Shown here piece by piece: positions 1-11,680 of a stretch of DNA of 51,454 nt. The DNA lies in contig NW_001865083.1 in assembly GCF_000002865.3 (NCBI RefSeq), positions 39,585 through 91,038 on the forward strand. The letters are read 5' to 3'. Every line of letters starts with the position of its first letter. Positions within the stretch are counted from its first letter, which is position 1. The notes under the pieces were generated by a model, which saw only the letters and a list, made by a program, of their open reading frames with translations, was not told the DNA's origin and ran no database searches. This stretch comes from Monosiga brevicollis MX1 (taxonomy: Eukaryota). Made by a program: the position numbers and the translations under genes.

Positions 1-2945
1 GCCCTCCGGTCCCCACCCGACCCGCCAGTCGCAGATCGGTGCGGAAGGCTACCTTAGCATTTGCCCGGCAGATGAGGTCACCGATGAAGACTGGCTCGTC
101 TTGCCTGACGTCGTTGGCCCTGATGATGCCCGACAAGAGCGCCTCCAACTCCACTGGCACGACAACACCGCCCTGCGCAAGGATCAGCGCGATCAAGATC
201 GGCTCCCCGAAGGGTGGGATCAAGCCTACGACCCCACGACAGGCGCCTACTACTACATTGACCACCGAACAAAGTCTACCACGGCATGACACCCCTCGCG
301 GATTTTTTTTCCTTAATTTGTTTTTTCTTTCTTCTTTGTTCTTTATCCTACAGCAACATGTCGCACTCAAAATCTCATCACTTTGCGCCCTTTGCCACTG
401 TGCTCATAGTGGGAGCACCCGCGAAGCAAATTTCCACAGTCACAAGCCAATGTAGGTCGCAGCCCCAAGGCCTGCCCCTGCGCAGCCTTCTCTTTGCTCC
501 CATCTCATTCTTACCCACTTTGCCTCTTAGCCCTGCCTGACATTGACGGTGGGCATGGACTGCCCCGTGCGAGTTACCGTCCGTGAGCTCAGTCCCGGCC
601 TTCAAGCTTCCGGTGTGTTTCTTGTCACAATCCCATCAAGCACGTATCACCCCCAATACCTGGAGCGGCTTACCCCAGAACCGTGACTGAGGGACCTTGC
701 CTGCTGGTAGGCGATGGAGCCGAAGCACAGAGTAGTACAGAAACATCCGATGCCGGCATCGCCACCATTCACCTCATTGGCTACATGGAACTCTCCGACG
801 GCCGCGTGGTACAAGACAAAGAGCCCATTGGCCGGCTTGAGTTTGCCTTTATGCGCGGCCTCCAGCTCTTCTTGCAAACACTTGCCAGCTGCCCCCATGT
901 TTTTTTCGACATTACAGGTCCTCTGCAAGACGTCATTCCCCCTCGTTCAAGACGTGACTCCTCGGAAATACAGTCGGAAGCCGCCGACAAATACAGCCAG
1001 GCTCTGCAACTCAAGCGCCTGCGTCAACAAACTCGCTTCCCAAATTTTTGTGAGTCGCCTTTTTTGTGCCCAGTTTCGCCCCCCATCGACCACTGTTGTT
1101 CCGCCTTTTTCGATGGCTGACTAGCTGGCTCTGCTGTAGATCAAGTGCTGTCGACGCCCTTCGACTGGTCGGCGCAGGCTTCCCGCCCTCGGGAGAGTGA
1201 GTGTTATGGCAACACGTAGAGATTCTTCATCTCGACCCCTCCTGAACCATGGTTTCTCACATGTTGATTTCTTAATCTCGCCCCATCTTGCAGCGGCATT
1301 GGACGAGGAAACTTTTCGTGCATTCAAGTCTGACGAGGGTCGACTTGAAGACTTGGAAGCCCTTCGCAAAGTTGTCTTTTTCAAGGGCATCCGCCCTGCC
1401 TTCCGCCGCGAGGTTTGCTGTGCCTCCACGCAACTTACTTTCTGTTTCTGATTGGACCTGACCCCGTGGTTTGGTTGTCGTCGGTTTTCTGGCGGTGTTC
1501 CAGGTTTGGTTGATTTTGTTAGGTGTCGTCAATGTTGGCATCGAAGATGGCCAGCGAAGCGAGGCCCTGCGCCAACTCCACCGGGAATACTACGAGCTCA
1601 AACAAAGCTGGGTTCGCCTTCCCAGCTCGGACACACGCCTCAATCGTATCTTGCAGACCATCATCAAGGTATGGGGTTTTGGTTTTCCTGGCTGATGCAT
1701 CCTTTCAAGTGAAAACAACCTGTTGTTGGTTTTGGGCCGTCACCTTCTATGACTCTTGCGTGCGACCAACCACGACTGACAACCGACATCTGGCTTTGTC
1801 GACCCGCTTCTTGTCGCGAGACAGGATGCCCAACGCACGGATCGTCACTTTCCAATGTTTGCGCGGCGAGACAGCGAGTGGCTTAATGCTCTTCTGGACA
1901 TTCTGGCCACGTTTGTGAACCACCACAATGTCGACTATGTACAGGGCATGTCGGACATTCTTGCGCCTCTCGTGGCTGTGTTTCAGGACGAGGCCGTGGC
2001 CTACTTTGCATTCGACCGTCTAATCAAACGCTTCAGCGCCACCTTTGAGGATCAAGGCGTGGGCATTCATCTGCGTCTGGACGCGCTACGCTCTCTCACC
2101 GAGCTGCTCCTGCCAGATGTCTTCAATTTTCTGTGTCAGCGCGATCAAATGCAAATGTTCTTTGCCTACCGGTGGTTGCTTCTTGACTTCAAGCGCGAGT
2201 TTTCTTTGGAAGAGGTACGGGGCGTTCCATGGCTTGTCATTGGAAATGGTACACTGAGAGCTCACCCTCTGCTCTACTGTGGCGCAGACGTGCGAGCTAT
2301 GGGAGACGATCTGGTGTGACTATCGCAGTGATTGCTTCAATCTCTTTATCGCAACGGCCATCATGGCTGAAAACGAAGCTTTCATCCTTGACGAGTCTCG
2401 GCCCGAGCATGAATTGCTTGAAATGCTCACCAGCCTCCCGACGCGCGTTGACGTTCAAGCCGTCCTCCGCCGTGCTCGACAGGTTGGTTGACTTTGATGA
2501 CCGAGCGAGGGGATGTTGTTGGTCGTTGTTGTCGTTGTTGTCCATATGGGAAGCCTCTCTTTACCACTCTTTCTGGCTTCGCCTCGCCTTTGCAACGCTT
2601 ACGTTGAGATGTGCCTCTTTGATGACGTTGCCTTCTCAGCTTCTGTATCGCTCCTTGGAACTTCCTTTGCCAAAAGACTTGGCTGAGCTCATCAAGGTAC
2701 GTGAGTGAAGCACGTTCATGGCATCAAATTTGCGCAAAAGGCTCACTTGAAACTGATGACCGTAGCCTTTTCCTGTCGAGGTTGCCCTTGCCGACGGCGC
2801 AGTCGTGGTCAACGAACGGTCTGCAGAGACGCCAACCGAGCTGCCCGACCGCGAGTCAGCAACTGTGACTCCCTCACCAGACTCTCCTACAGCCCCGCAG
2901 TCTTCTTCAGATGCAATTATCGCGGTGGACGGCACAGACCAGTAA
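1..2945 (+). CDS. TBC-domain Rab GTPase-activating protein (TBC1D16-like) with a WW domain; 5' end outside window; multi-exon
   Basis: WW motif LPEGWDQAYDPTTGAYYYIDHRTKSTT|WEHP (exons ending 283 and starting 410). TBC motifs across spliced exons: FFKGIRPAFRRE|VWLILLG, IIK|DAQRTDR (Arg finger), YVQGMSDILAP (Gln finger), FAYRWLLLDFKREF, LWETIW, VLRRARQ|LLYR. Stop TAA at 2943-2945. Confidence 0.9.
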
Positions 2946-3267
2946 TATGGGATGGTCGGGTGCTGCCTTGCTGCCCCGCACTTTGCAAAGCAAGCCTGGG
3001 CCCAGGCTTGGCGCACTTTAGCCCGTTTTTCGGTTTAGGACTCGTGCAACTGATTTGTTCGAATTGAAGCCAAGATTATTCATCTGATGCCCCACGACTC
3101 GATTTGGAGCCCATTTAGGGGTGTGCTGAAATGCCTCGCGAGCTAGAATACAAGTGGCACGAAACTTTGAGCATACACAAGTCAATTAGAAAAAAAAAAA
3201 AACAGAAACAGCTCTCCCAAACGGCGAGCTGGCCTTGCAGAATGAGAAAAATTAAACTGAAAAAAAT

Positions 3268-4569
3268 CTACATCCACTGTTCAAAAATGTCCGTCAAGAA
3301 GATGGTGACGGTCACCGGGATGGCAACGGCAATCATGTTCTTAGCCACGCCTCGCCAGACAAAGCGTGGGCCTAGGCACAGATAGACACCACGTGAGCAC
3401 TTGATGTGCAACGAACGTGGTGCGGAAGGAAGGCGCACGACAAAAGTATCGAAACGCACCTTCGGTTTGATAGAGAGAACGAATAGCAGGGACCATGCCA
3501 AGATCGGTGCGAAACATGTGATTGCGAATAACGTCAAAGGGGTTGGTCAAAATGGCGCCAGCGGTGCCTGCCACCACGGCCTTTTTGGCCGAGCGTACTA
3601 GCCAGCCTAGACGATCCTGCTCCTTGTTGACGGGGGCCAAGGAGCGGTCCATGGCCTGTTTGACCAAGACGGCCGTCACGTATTTGGGCACAGTCTTGGC
3701 AATCCCTGCACTCAAGCCGTGCCACAATCCCGCGTAGCCTACGTTGCCCGCGCACCCCAACCGTCAAGGCTGATGAGAACTCGTCGGACCGGTCCCAAGT
3801 CAGTGTGGTGTGCTTTTCACCGAGGAAAAAAAAACAGAGGGTGCAAAGGAGCCGCACCTCGACGGTGGACAATGTCACGACCAATGGCTAGGACGGAGGA
3901 GTGGGGTGAGGCCGGGTCTTGCAGCATGATGCTGCAACGGACGAGGGGCATATTGACAATTTGGACGCCGATTGAGAGTGCAAGCGGAGGCAGCACCACG
4001 GCGACGGCCTTGGGAGCACCGGCTTCCGTGAGATGTTTCCTGGAGTGAACAGAATGCAACATGAGAGATAGCCAAGGGGGAACTGAGGGCCAGCAAAGGG
4101 ACGAAAAGTCAAACCGGCCAAAGTCAGAGCCGTAAAAGATGGCTGCTCGCGCCCAGGTCATGCCGGCTACGACGTGAATGGCGGCCCGATAGGGAGGCTA
4201 CGCGCGCGTTGAAGACGGCATTGTGAGGACTTGGAGCAAAGAGCTGGAGCAAACCAATGAGCACCAGACGCACCTGCATGGCCTCGATAAACTGGCCAAC
4301 AAAGGTTGTGCTCTGCAGCTTAAACCCTGAAGGGGGGCGGGAGCGCGACAGGAAGAAACGCGACAGTGAGGCACGAAACCCAACCTGTATCGGTCTGTAC
4401 GCAATTCAATCACAAATGAGGAAGGGCACGTACCAGCTTGGCCAATGGCAGAGGCCTTCCACAAGGGATAATTGAGGAGGGCAGCACAGCCCGAGGCCGC
4501 AAAGGCCGCGACGGGCGACTTGCCCTCGCCGTTGGTCATGATGATACCAGTCCCCGGCACGCCACTCAT
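3268..4569 (-). CDS. Mitochondrial carrier family (SLC25) protein, multi-exon; start codon uncertain (4569 or 4539)
   Basis: Three carrier repeats with (degenerate) Px[D/E]xx[K/R] signatures: NYPLWKAS, NMPLVRCS, TNPFDVIRN. Also GYAGLWHGLSAGIAKTVP and FVWRGVAKNMIAVAIP segments; ends FEQWM*. Confidence 0.85.
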
Positions 4570-4713
4570 TCCATCCTCACCCACGGTGGACCAATTCCCC
4601 TCAACCCAAACGAACCACTTCTTCAATCACCACCACCGCCACCACCACCACTGCCGCTGCCGCCTCCGCGACCGCCGCTACCGCTGCCGTTCACCTAGAA
4701 AAAAAAAACCTGG

Positions 4714-5017
4714 NNNNNNNNNNNNNNNNNNNNNNNNNNNNNNNNNNNNNNNNNNNNNNNNNNNNNNNNNNNNNNNNNNNNNNNNNNNNNNNNNNNNNNN
4801 NNNNNNNNNNNNNNNNNNNNNNNNNNNNNNNNNNNNNNNNNNNNNNNNNNNNNNNNNNNNNNNNNNNNNNNNNNNNNNNNNNNNNNNNNNNNNNNNNNNN
4901 NNNNNNNNNNNNNNNNNNNNNNNNNNNNNNNNNNNNNNNNNNNNNNNNNNNNNNNNNNNNNNNNNNNNNNNNNNNNNNNNNNNNNNNNNNNNNNNNNNNN
5001 NNNNNNNNNNNNNNNNN
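4714..5017. other. Assembly gap (N run)
   Basis: Run of N. Confidence 1.
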
Positions 5018-5043
5018 GTGTGAGCTTGATGTAAAGTAACTTC

Positions 5044-5077
<34 letters not shown>

Positions 5078-5141
5078 ATTTTTGGTTCCGCTGCCACTGA
5101 ACTTGACGGTCCACGATCCAGTGACGCGCCACAACGCCGCC

Positions 5142-7356
5142 ATGGTGTCGCCTTGGGTCGTGTGCAGTCTACTTGTGGTGATGGGGCCAGCAGTGGTTGG
5201 CGCCAGTGACGAATCAATAATCACGACTGATGCGCAGGGTAACCTCGTCATCAACGCCTCGTCAACAGGTGGCGATGCACGGGTTTGGATTAACGGAGTC
5301 GACGTGCTTCAAGAGCTGGCTGAGCTCCGCGAGATCTTGTTGGATCGCAAAACAACACCGACAGCATTGCCTCCCAGCACCACGGCCGCTCCCACAAACG
5401 CGCCTGTGACGTATACAGGCGATATCGGCTGTGGACTGGAGAACGTGCCCTTAGATGTCACGCATATCTTGGGCAACGTCAGCCTGATTTCGTGCCCCCT
5501 TCTCACAGCAAATGATCTCCTGCAAGCTTTTGGCAAGCTTGTTCAAGTGAGCGGGGACTTGACAGTAAGAGTGAGTTTCGATGGAGGATCATTGCCTGTT
5601 GTCTGTACATTGATGGGCGCGAACTGTATACCACGTCCCATCCTATTGAGGATTTCGCGGTGTAGCGATGCGAGCTCATCATCATTGGCTCTGAATGCAA
5701 TGCGATCATCCCAACTTTCGATGTGCCCATGGACGTGTGTGAGAGGGGCCAATCGGGAAAGATGAGCAATTTTGAGCGACTCAGTTTGTGCTCTGTTGAT
5801 GGTTGCAGGACAATGGCGCCCTGATTCATTTGGATGGGCTTGCAACTCTCACCAGCGTGGGCGGCGATTTGAATATTCGTGTACGTTGTCGCATGAGAGC
5901 GCATGGGCTTGATGTGACATGTGTTGACGAGGAGGGCAGCAAACTGGGACGATTGAGTGTGGGTCTGATGTGATGTGGTTATTCTCTGGCTGTCGCAGAA
6001 CAATTACAACCTGACCAACGTGAACGGCCTTGGCAATGTCACCAGCGTTGGCGACTATTTGAGCATCTACGTACGTTGTCGCACGAGAGGGGATGAAATT
6101 GATGTGACGTGTGTGAACGAGGAGGTCCGTGGACTGGGAGAATTGGGTGTGTTATTGACCGTTTGATGTGATGTGTTATTTCTCTGGCTGTCGCAGAGAA
6201 ATGCCGCCCTGACCAACGTGGACGGCCTTGGCAGTATCACCAGCATTGGCGACTATTTGAGCATTGGTGTACGTTGTCGCATGAGAGGGCATGAAGTTGA
6301 TGTGACGTGTGTGGACGAGGAGGTCCGTGGACTGGGACATTTGGGTGTGCTATTGACCGTTTGCTGTGGTGTGTTGTTTCTCTGGCGGTCGCAGGACAAT
6401 GACGTCTTGACCAACGTGGACGGTCTTGGCAGTGTCACCAGCGTTGGTGACTACTTATACATCTACGTACGTTGTCGCATGAGAGGGCATGAAGTTGATG
6501 TGACGTGTGTGGACGAGGGGATCAGCGGGCTGGGAGAATTTGGTTATGTTTGTGAGGGTCTGATGTGATGTGTTATTTCTCTGGCTGTCGCAGAGCAATG
6601 ACGCCTTGACCAACGTGGACGGCCTTGGCAATGTCACCAGCGTGGGCGACTTCTTGCGCATCTACGTACGTTGTCGCATGAGAGGGCATGAAGTTGATGT
6701 GACGTGTGTGGACGAGGGGATCAGCGGGCTGGGAGAATTTGGTATGTTTGTGAGGGTCTGATGTGATGTGTTGTTTCTCTGGCTCTCGCAGGACAATGGC
6801 GCCTTGACCAACGTGGACGGCCTTGGCAGTGTCACCAGCGTAGGCGACTATTTGAGCATTGACGTATGTTGTCGCATGAGAGGGGACGAAATTGATGTGA
6901 TGTGTGTGGACGAGGGGATCAGCGGGCTGGGAGAATTTGGTGTGTTTGTGAGGGTCTGATGTGATGTGTTGTTTCTCTGGCGGTCGCAGTACAATGATGT
7001 CTTGGCCAACGTGGACGGCCTTGGCAATATCACCAGCGTTGGCGACTACTTATACATTCGTGTACGTCGTCACATGAGAGGGCATGAAGTTGATGTGACG
7101 TGTGTCGGACGAGGAGGTCAGCAGACTGGGAGAATTCGGTATGTTTGTGAGGGTCTGATGTGATGTGCTGTTTCTCTGGCTGTCGCAGTACAATGCCGCC
7201 TTGACCAACGTGGACGGCCTTGGCAGTGTCACCAGCGTTGGTGGCAATTTGGTAATTTGTTCAAACTCTCAACTTGACACATCAATGGTACCTGCCTCTG
7301 TTCGATCGCTGGGCACATGCCAACGGATCACGAGCGGAGGTTGCGGCTTTTGTTGA
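5142..7356 (+). CDS. Secreted receptor-L-domain/LRR-like solenoid protein, locus A (9 exons)
   Basis: Exon 1 5142-5570: signal peptide, shared INGVDV module, Thr/Pro linker, YTGDI..first L turn. Seven 72-nt phase-0 exons: 5809-5880, 5999-6070, 6197-6268, 6395-6466, 6594-6665, 6792-6863, 6990-7061, consensus xNxxLTNVDGLGxxTSVGxxLxIx, each flanked by CAG and GTA(C/T)GT. Terminal exon 7189-7356 has a Cys cap ending GCGFC*. Confidence 0.88.
5809..7260 (+). repeat. Tandem ~198-bp exon+intron repeat array (8 repeat-coding exons)
   Basis: Recurrent TCTCTGGCTGTCGCAG...ACCAACGTGGACGGCCTTGGCA...GTACGTTGTCGCATGAGAGGG with ~190-199-bp period. Confidence 0.95.
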
Positions 7357-7854
7357 ACTGCTGCAAGTTATCGCTTTTCTTTCTGAGGTTTCTGGTTCTA
7401 AGCTACTAGCCGAGTGGTTGATTTGACTACAAGCATCGACCGCCTCGAGAAGAAATTAGCCAGTAATCGCTGCGGACGCTGCATCGTGTCACAACTCGCC
7501 TTATTAGCAGTTGTCCTGATCGTTTCGAGAACGTGTCGCGCTCTCCCACTTTTGAACTTTTTTTTCATGCTCAATTGGACGTCTCTGAAGCAACATGGTG
7601 TCACTAAATCAAGCTATACCTACTCGATCTCCCCCTCTCTCTGCCCCGCCCCTCCTCCCAAAACCAACACCAGTCGGGGGGCTTTGACGAACATCCGCTC
7701 CTTATGACATCCGATGTAATAAGAAAAATTCAAGAAAAAAAAAAAGAAAAAAAAAAGTTGATTTTGAAGGGACAATTTCAAACCAAAATCATTTTTCTGA
7801 CAAATCAGACACACTCACACACACACACACACACACACACGACGCGCCGCGATC

Positions 7855-9159
7855 ATGACGCGCGCGATGCGGATGCGGGCGCGACGACTCGTGCCACTGG
7901 TGTGCAGCGTCGTCTGCCTGGTCTGGGCTGTTGTGGCTGCCAGTGATGGTGGTGATAATGAGCCGACGATTACCGTGGGTGAGGATGGTACGCTGTTTGT
8001 GAATTCGAGCAAGCGTGTGGTGATCAATGGGGTGGATGTGTTGGCCGTGATGGCGTCGATCGCCGTGGATTTGAACCCGCGGGGCGTGATGCAGCCGCTG
8101 GAGAGTCACAACATCTCCACGGACGCGCAGGGTACACAGTCGGTGTATGTGGCAGATCTGGACAACAATGGCTTTATCGATGTCCTCAGCGCCAGCAATC
8201 ACGACGACAAGATTGCATGGTATCGCAATAACGGCAACGGCTCCTTTTCCGAAGAAATCATCATCACAACAGAGGCTCACGTTGCCACCTCGGTGTACGC
8301 AGCAGATCTCAACAATGACGGCGACCTTGACGTTCTCAGCGCCAGTTCTGAAGACAACACGATTGCTTGGTATCGCAACAACGGCGACGCCACCTTTTCT
8401 ACGGAGATGGTGATCACCACAGAAGCCCACAAGGCCGCCTCGGTGTATGCGGCGGACCTGGACAAGGACGACGACCTCGACGTCCTGAGCGCCAGCTCCG
8501 AGGACAACACGATTGCATGGTATCGCAACAATGGGGATGAGACTTTTTCCCCAAAGATCAACATTACCACGGACGCCAACGGTGCCTTCTCGGTGTATGC
8601 GGCCGATTTGGATAACGATGGCCATGTTGATGTTCTGAGCGCCAGCGTGGACGACAACAAGATTGCTTGGTATCGCAACCATGGGAACGGCACCTTCTCT
8701 GCACAACGCGTCATCACTACAGATGCCAACTATGCACGCTCTGTGTCTGCGGCGGATCTGGACAACGATGGCAATCTCGACGTTCTCAGCGCCAGCTGGA
8801 ACGACGACAAAATTGCCTGGTACCGCAACAACGGCAATGGCACCTTTTCCACCCAGATTGTCATCACCACCGACGCCGACAACGCAATCTCGGTGCATGC
8901 GGCGGATCTGGACAAGGATGGCTACGCCGACGTTCTCAGCGCCAGTGTCCACGACGACAAGATTGCGTGGTATCGCAACAACCGTGACGGCACTTTCTCC
9001 TCGCAGATCGTCATCACCAGAGACGTCGATGGTGCCCACTCGGTGATTGCAGCGGATCTGGACAACGATGGTCACATTGACGTTCTCAGCGCCAGCAAAC
9101 TCGACAACAAGATTGCTTGGTACCGCAATCAAGCAGGGCAAATCCTGTTGAATATGTAG
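7855..9159 (+). CDS. Secreted 7-bladed FG-GAP/VCBS-like beta-propeller protein 1, intronless
   Basis: Single ORF with hydrophobic signal (LVPLVCSVVCLVWAVVAA), INGVDV module, and seven ~49-aa repeats SVYAADLDNDGxxDVLSAS..DNKIAWYRN containing DxDxDG Ca-binding loops. Confidence 0.92.
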   Translation: MTRAMRMRARRLVPLVCSVVCLVWAVVAASDGGDNEPTITVGEDGTLFVNSSKRVVINGVDVLAVMASIAVDLNPRGVMQPLESHNISTDAQGTQSVYVADLDNNGFIDVLSASNHDDKIAWYRNNGNGSFSEEIIITTEAHVATSVYAADLNNDGDLDVLSASSEDNTIAWYRNNGDATFSTEMVITTEAHKAASVYAADLDKDDDLDVLSASSEDNTIAWYRNNGDETFSPKINITTDANGAFSVYAADLDNDGHVDVLSASVDDNKIAWYRNHGNGTFSAQRVITTDANYARSVSAADLDNDGNLDVLSASWNDDKIAWYRNNGNGTFSTQIVITTDADNAISVHAADLDKDGYADVLSASVHDDKIAWYRNNRDGTFSSQIVITRDVDGAHSVIAADLDNDGHIDVLSASKLDNKIAWYRNQAGQILLNM

Positions 9160-9700
9160 ACAAGTAGACTCGATGCCGTGCTCCCTCAAGCAAATTGATG
9201 AATTTTTTTGGACCCCCCATTTTTTTCTGCCTGACGCAGACGCAGGCTGCCTCGCGTGTTCTCCTGGTGAGAACAATGACCAAGCCAAGGCAATGAGCTC
9301 CAGCCTGAGGCATGTCGTCAGGGATGCAGAGGCCGTGCGGAACAACCGAGTCAAACTTATCTGGATTCTCAGCCACTGAGCAAATCTGACACACGTTCAA
9401 CGGCGATCTGAACCCAAAGATCCCCCCCAACCGCTCCCACTACGCCGCGGTAGCACCCGCTGGCCGGGTCTTGACCTTCCAGGGGAAAATAAAAAATTTA
9501 ATCTGATCAAAATTCAATTTTACACTCTTGAAACTTTAAGTCAACTACATGTACAAGTAGCGTCGATGTAAAAGTTTACAAGTCCAACAACAAGTAACGT
9601 CGATGTAAAAGTTTACACGTTGAAGTTTATCTGACAAATATAAACTTTACATCGGATGTCATTTTTTTTTTCTTTTGAGGACGAGGAGGACCATTGCGCG

Positions 9701-10975
9701 ATGCGGGCCCGGGGCCGGGCGCGAGTACTCGTGTGTAGCGTCTTCCTGGTCTGGGCTGTTGTGGCTGCCAGGGATGAGGAGCCGGTGTTTGCTGTGGATG
9801 ATGAGGGCACGCTGTTTATAAATTCGAGCAATCGCGTGGTGGTCAATGGGGTGGATGTGCTGGCCGTGTTGAGGACGATTGCCGTCGATTTGGATCCGCA
9901 GCGCGTGATGGAGCCGCTGGAGAGTCACAACATCTCCCTCAGTGCTGTCAATGTCTACACGGTGTATGCGGCAGATCTGGACAACGATGGCTATATCGAC
10001 GTTGTCAGCGCCAGCAACAACAACAAGATTGCATGGTACCGCAACGATGGCGATGGTGCGTTTTCTTCGCCGCGCGTCATCGCAACAAACGTCAGTGATG
10101 CCACCTCGGTGTTTGCGAGCGACTTGGACAATGACGGCCACCTGGACATTCTCAGCGCCAGTTGGCACGAGAATGCAATTGCGTGGTACCACAACAACGG
10201 CAACAGCACCTTTTCAACCCAGAAGGTCATCACCACGGAGGCGGCAGGTGCCCATTCGGTGTATGCGACGGACCTGGACAACGACGGCGACATGGACGTG
10301 CTCAGCGCCAGTTCTCGTGACGACAAGATTGCGTGGTACCGCAACAACGGCGATGGCTCCTTTTCCACCCAGATGGTCATCTTTGACGATCTCGACTTTG
10401 CGTACTCTGTGTATGCGGCAGATTTGGACAATGACGGTGACCTCGACGTCTTGGCTGCCGGAGCGGAGGACAACGCGATTGCGTGGTATCGCAATCATGG
10501 CAATGGCACGTTTTCTTCTCAAAAAGTCATTACCACAGACGCCGAGTATGCAACCTCGGTTTATGCCGCGGACCTGGACAACGACGGCGATATCGACGTC
10601 CTCAGTGCCAGCTGGAACGACGATAAAATTGCCTGGTACCGCAACCACGGCAATGGCACCTTCTCTCCCCAGATTGTTATTACGACAGAGGCCAATAGGG
10701 CCATCTCAGTGTATGCGAGGGACCTGGACAACGACGGCTATATCGACGTCCTGAGCGCCAGTGCTTTCGACGACAAGATTGCGTGGTATCACAACAACCG
10801 TGACGGCACCTTTTCCTCCCAAATCGTCATCACCACAGACGCCGACTATGCACGTGCGGTGCATGCGGCAGATCTGGACAACGACGGCTACCTTGACGTC
10901 CTAAGCGCCAGTGCGACCGACAACAAGATTGCCTGGTATCGCAATCAGGTGGGACAAGTGCTATTTAATTTTTAG
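9701..10975 (+). CDS. Secreted 7-bladed FG-GAP beta-propeller protein 2, intronless
   Basis: Paralog of 7855-9159. Likely start MRARGRARVLVCSVFLVWAVVAA; seven DLDNDG repeats. Confidence 0.92.
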   Translation: MRARGRARVLVCSVFLVWAVVAARDEEPVFAVDDEGTLFINSSNRVVVNGVDVLAVLRTIAVDLDPQRVMEPLESHNISLSAVNVYTVYAADLDNDGYIDVVSASNNNKIAWYRNDGDGAFSSPRVIATNVSDATSVFASDLDNDGHLDILSASWHENAIAWYHNNGNSTFSTQKVITTEAAGAHSVYATDLDNDGDMDVLSASSRDDKIAWYRNNGDGSFSTQMVIFDDLDFAYSVYAADLDNDGDLDVLAAGAEDNAIAWYRNHGNGTFSSQKVITTDAEYATSVYAADLDNDGDIDVLSASWNDDKIAWYRNHGNGTFSPQIVITTEANRAISVYARDLDNDGYIDVLSASAFDDKIAWYHNNRDGTFSSQIVITTDADYARAVHAADLDNDGYLDVLSASATDNKIAWYRNQVGQVLFNF

Positions 10976-11204
10976 TCAAATGCCAGCTGCTCGCCAAATT
11001 CTTCCAGCCAATTGACATTTGAAGCTGTTTCTCTTTTCGCCGACCTGGTTCATGCTGACGGCATATCCCACCAAGCCGTGCTGCAAGCTCAGTGAACACT
11101 GCATCATCTTCCCTCTCTTTCCTCAGCGTTGTTCAGGGGTTGCTTGCACATTCAGACCCGACTGCGTGCTGGTCAAGAGTAAAATATTATTTGGAGAAGA
11201 GGTC

Positions 11205-11245
<41 letters not shown>

Positions 11246-11680
11246 CTTGTTTTGAACAACGACCAGCGGTCACCAGGCCTAAATACCAATGTGCTGGTGG
11301 CGATCCGAACCACACCCGCATCAACGTGATTGCTTTATGCATCAACAAAAGTGTCTACCTTTATCGAATCTCCCTTGGGTGCGATAGTGGCAAAAGGCGC
11401 AATGGCTCGAGGATTTGTTCCAGCAAACCATTTCAACGAGGCCAACATGCGTTTCCTCAAAGCGATCCTCAGCCGATGCCTCAATGTCGAGTTCAGCAAG
11501 CCTCACCGACCGAACAGGAAGCACGTCCAAATTCACATCCGAACCACTGTGTGGCGCTCTCACCTCAATTTAAATCCGGTATAAAAATTCAAATTTAAAA
11601 CTCAATGAAGGATGAGATTTCATCTGACATTTCAGATCGTTTGTATTTTACTTTTCAGCTGTCGCACTCAAAATCTCACG

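Noticed and set aside
5975..7163. Series of ~63-aa ORFs beginning MLFLWLSQ (also 44120-46825) as small peptide genes
   Set aside because: They are intron-exon-intron read-throughs starting at GTG; only the central 24 codons are coding.
5809..7260. CRISPR-like array or non-coding satellite (also 43954-47116)
   Set aside because: Units are ~198 bp with splice sites and an in-frame 72-nt exon; there are no unique spacers or cas genes, and the context is eukaryotic.
7414..7530. SNARE-like coiled coil + TM fragment (IDRLEKKL..LALLAVVLIV)
   Set aside because: No upstream exons or ATG, and the frame is not conserved in the paralogous flank at ~47280.
7789..9354. 521-aa antisense ORF and other long alternative-frame ORFs over the FG-GAP genes
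   Set aside because: Shadow ORFs caused by codon bias and repeat periodicity of the sense gene.
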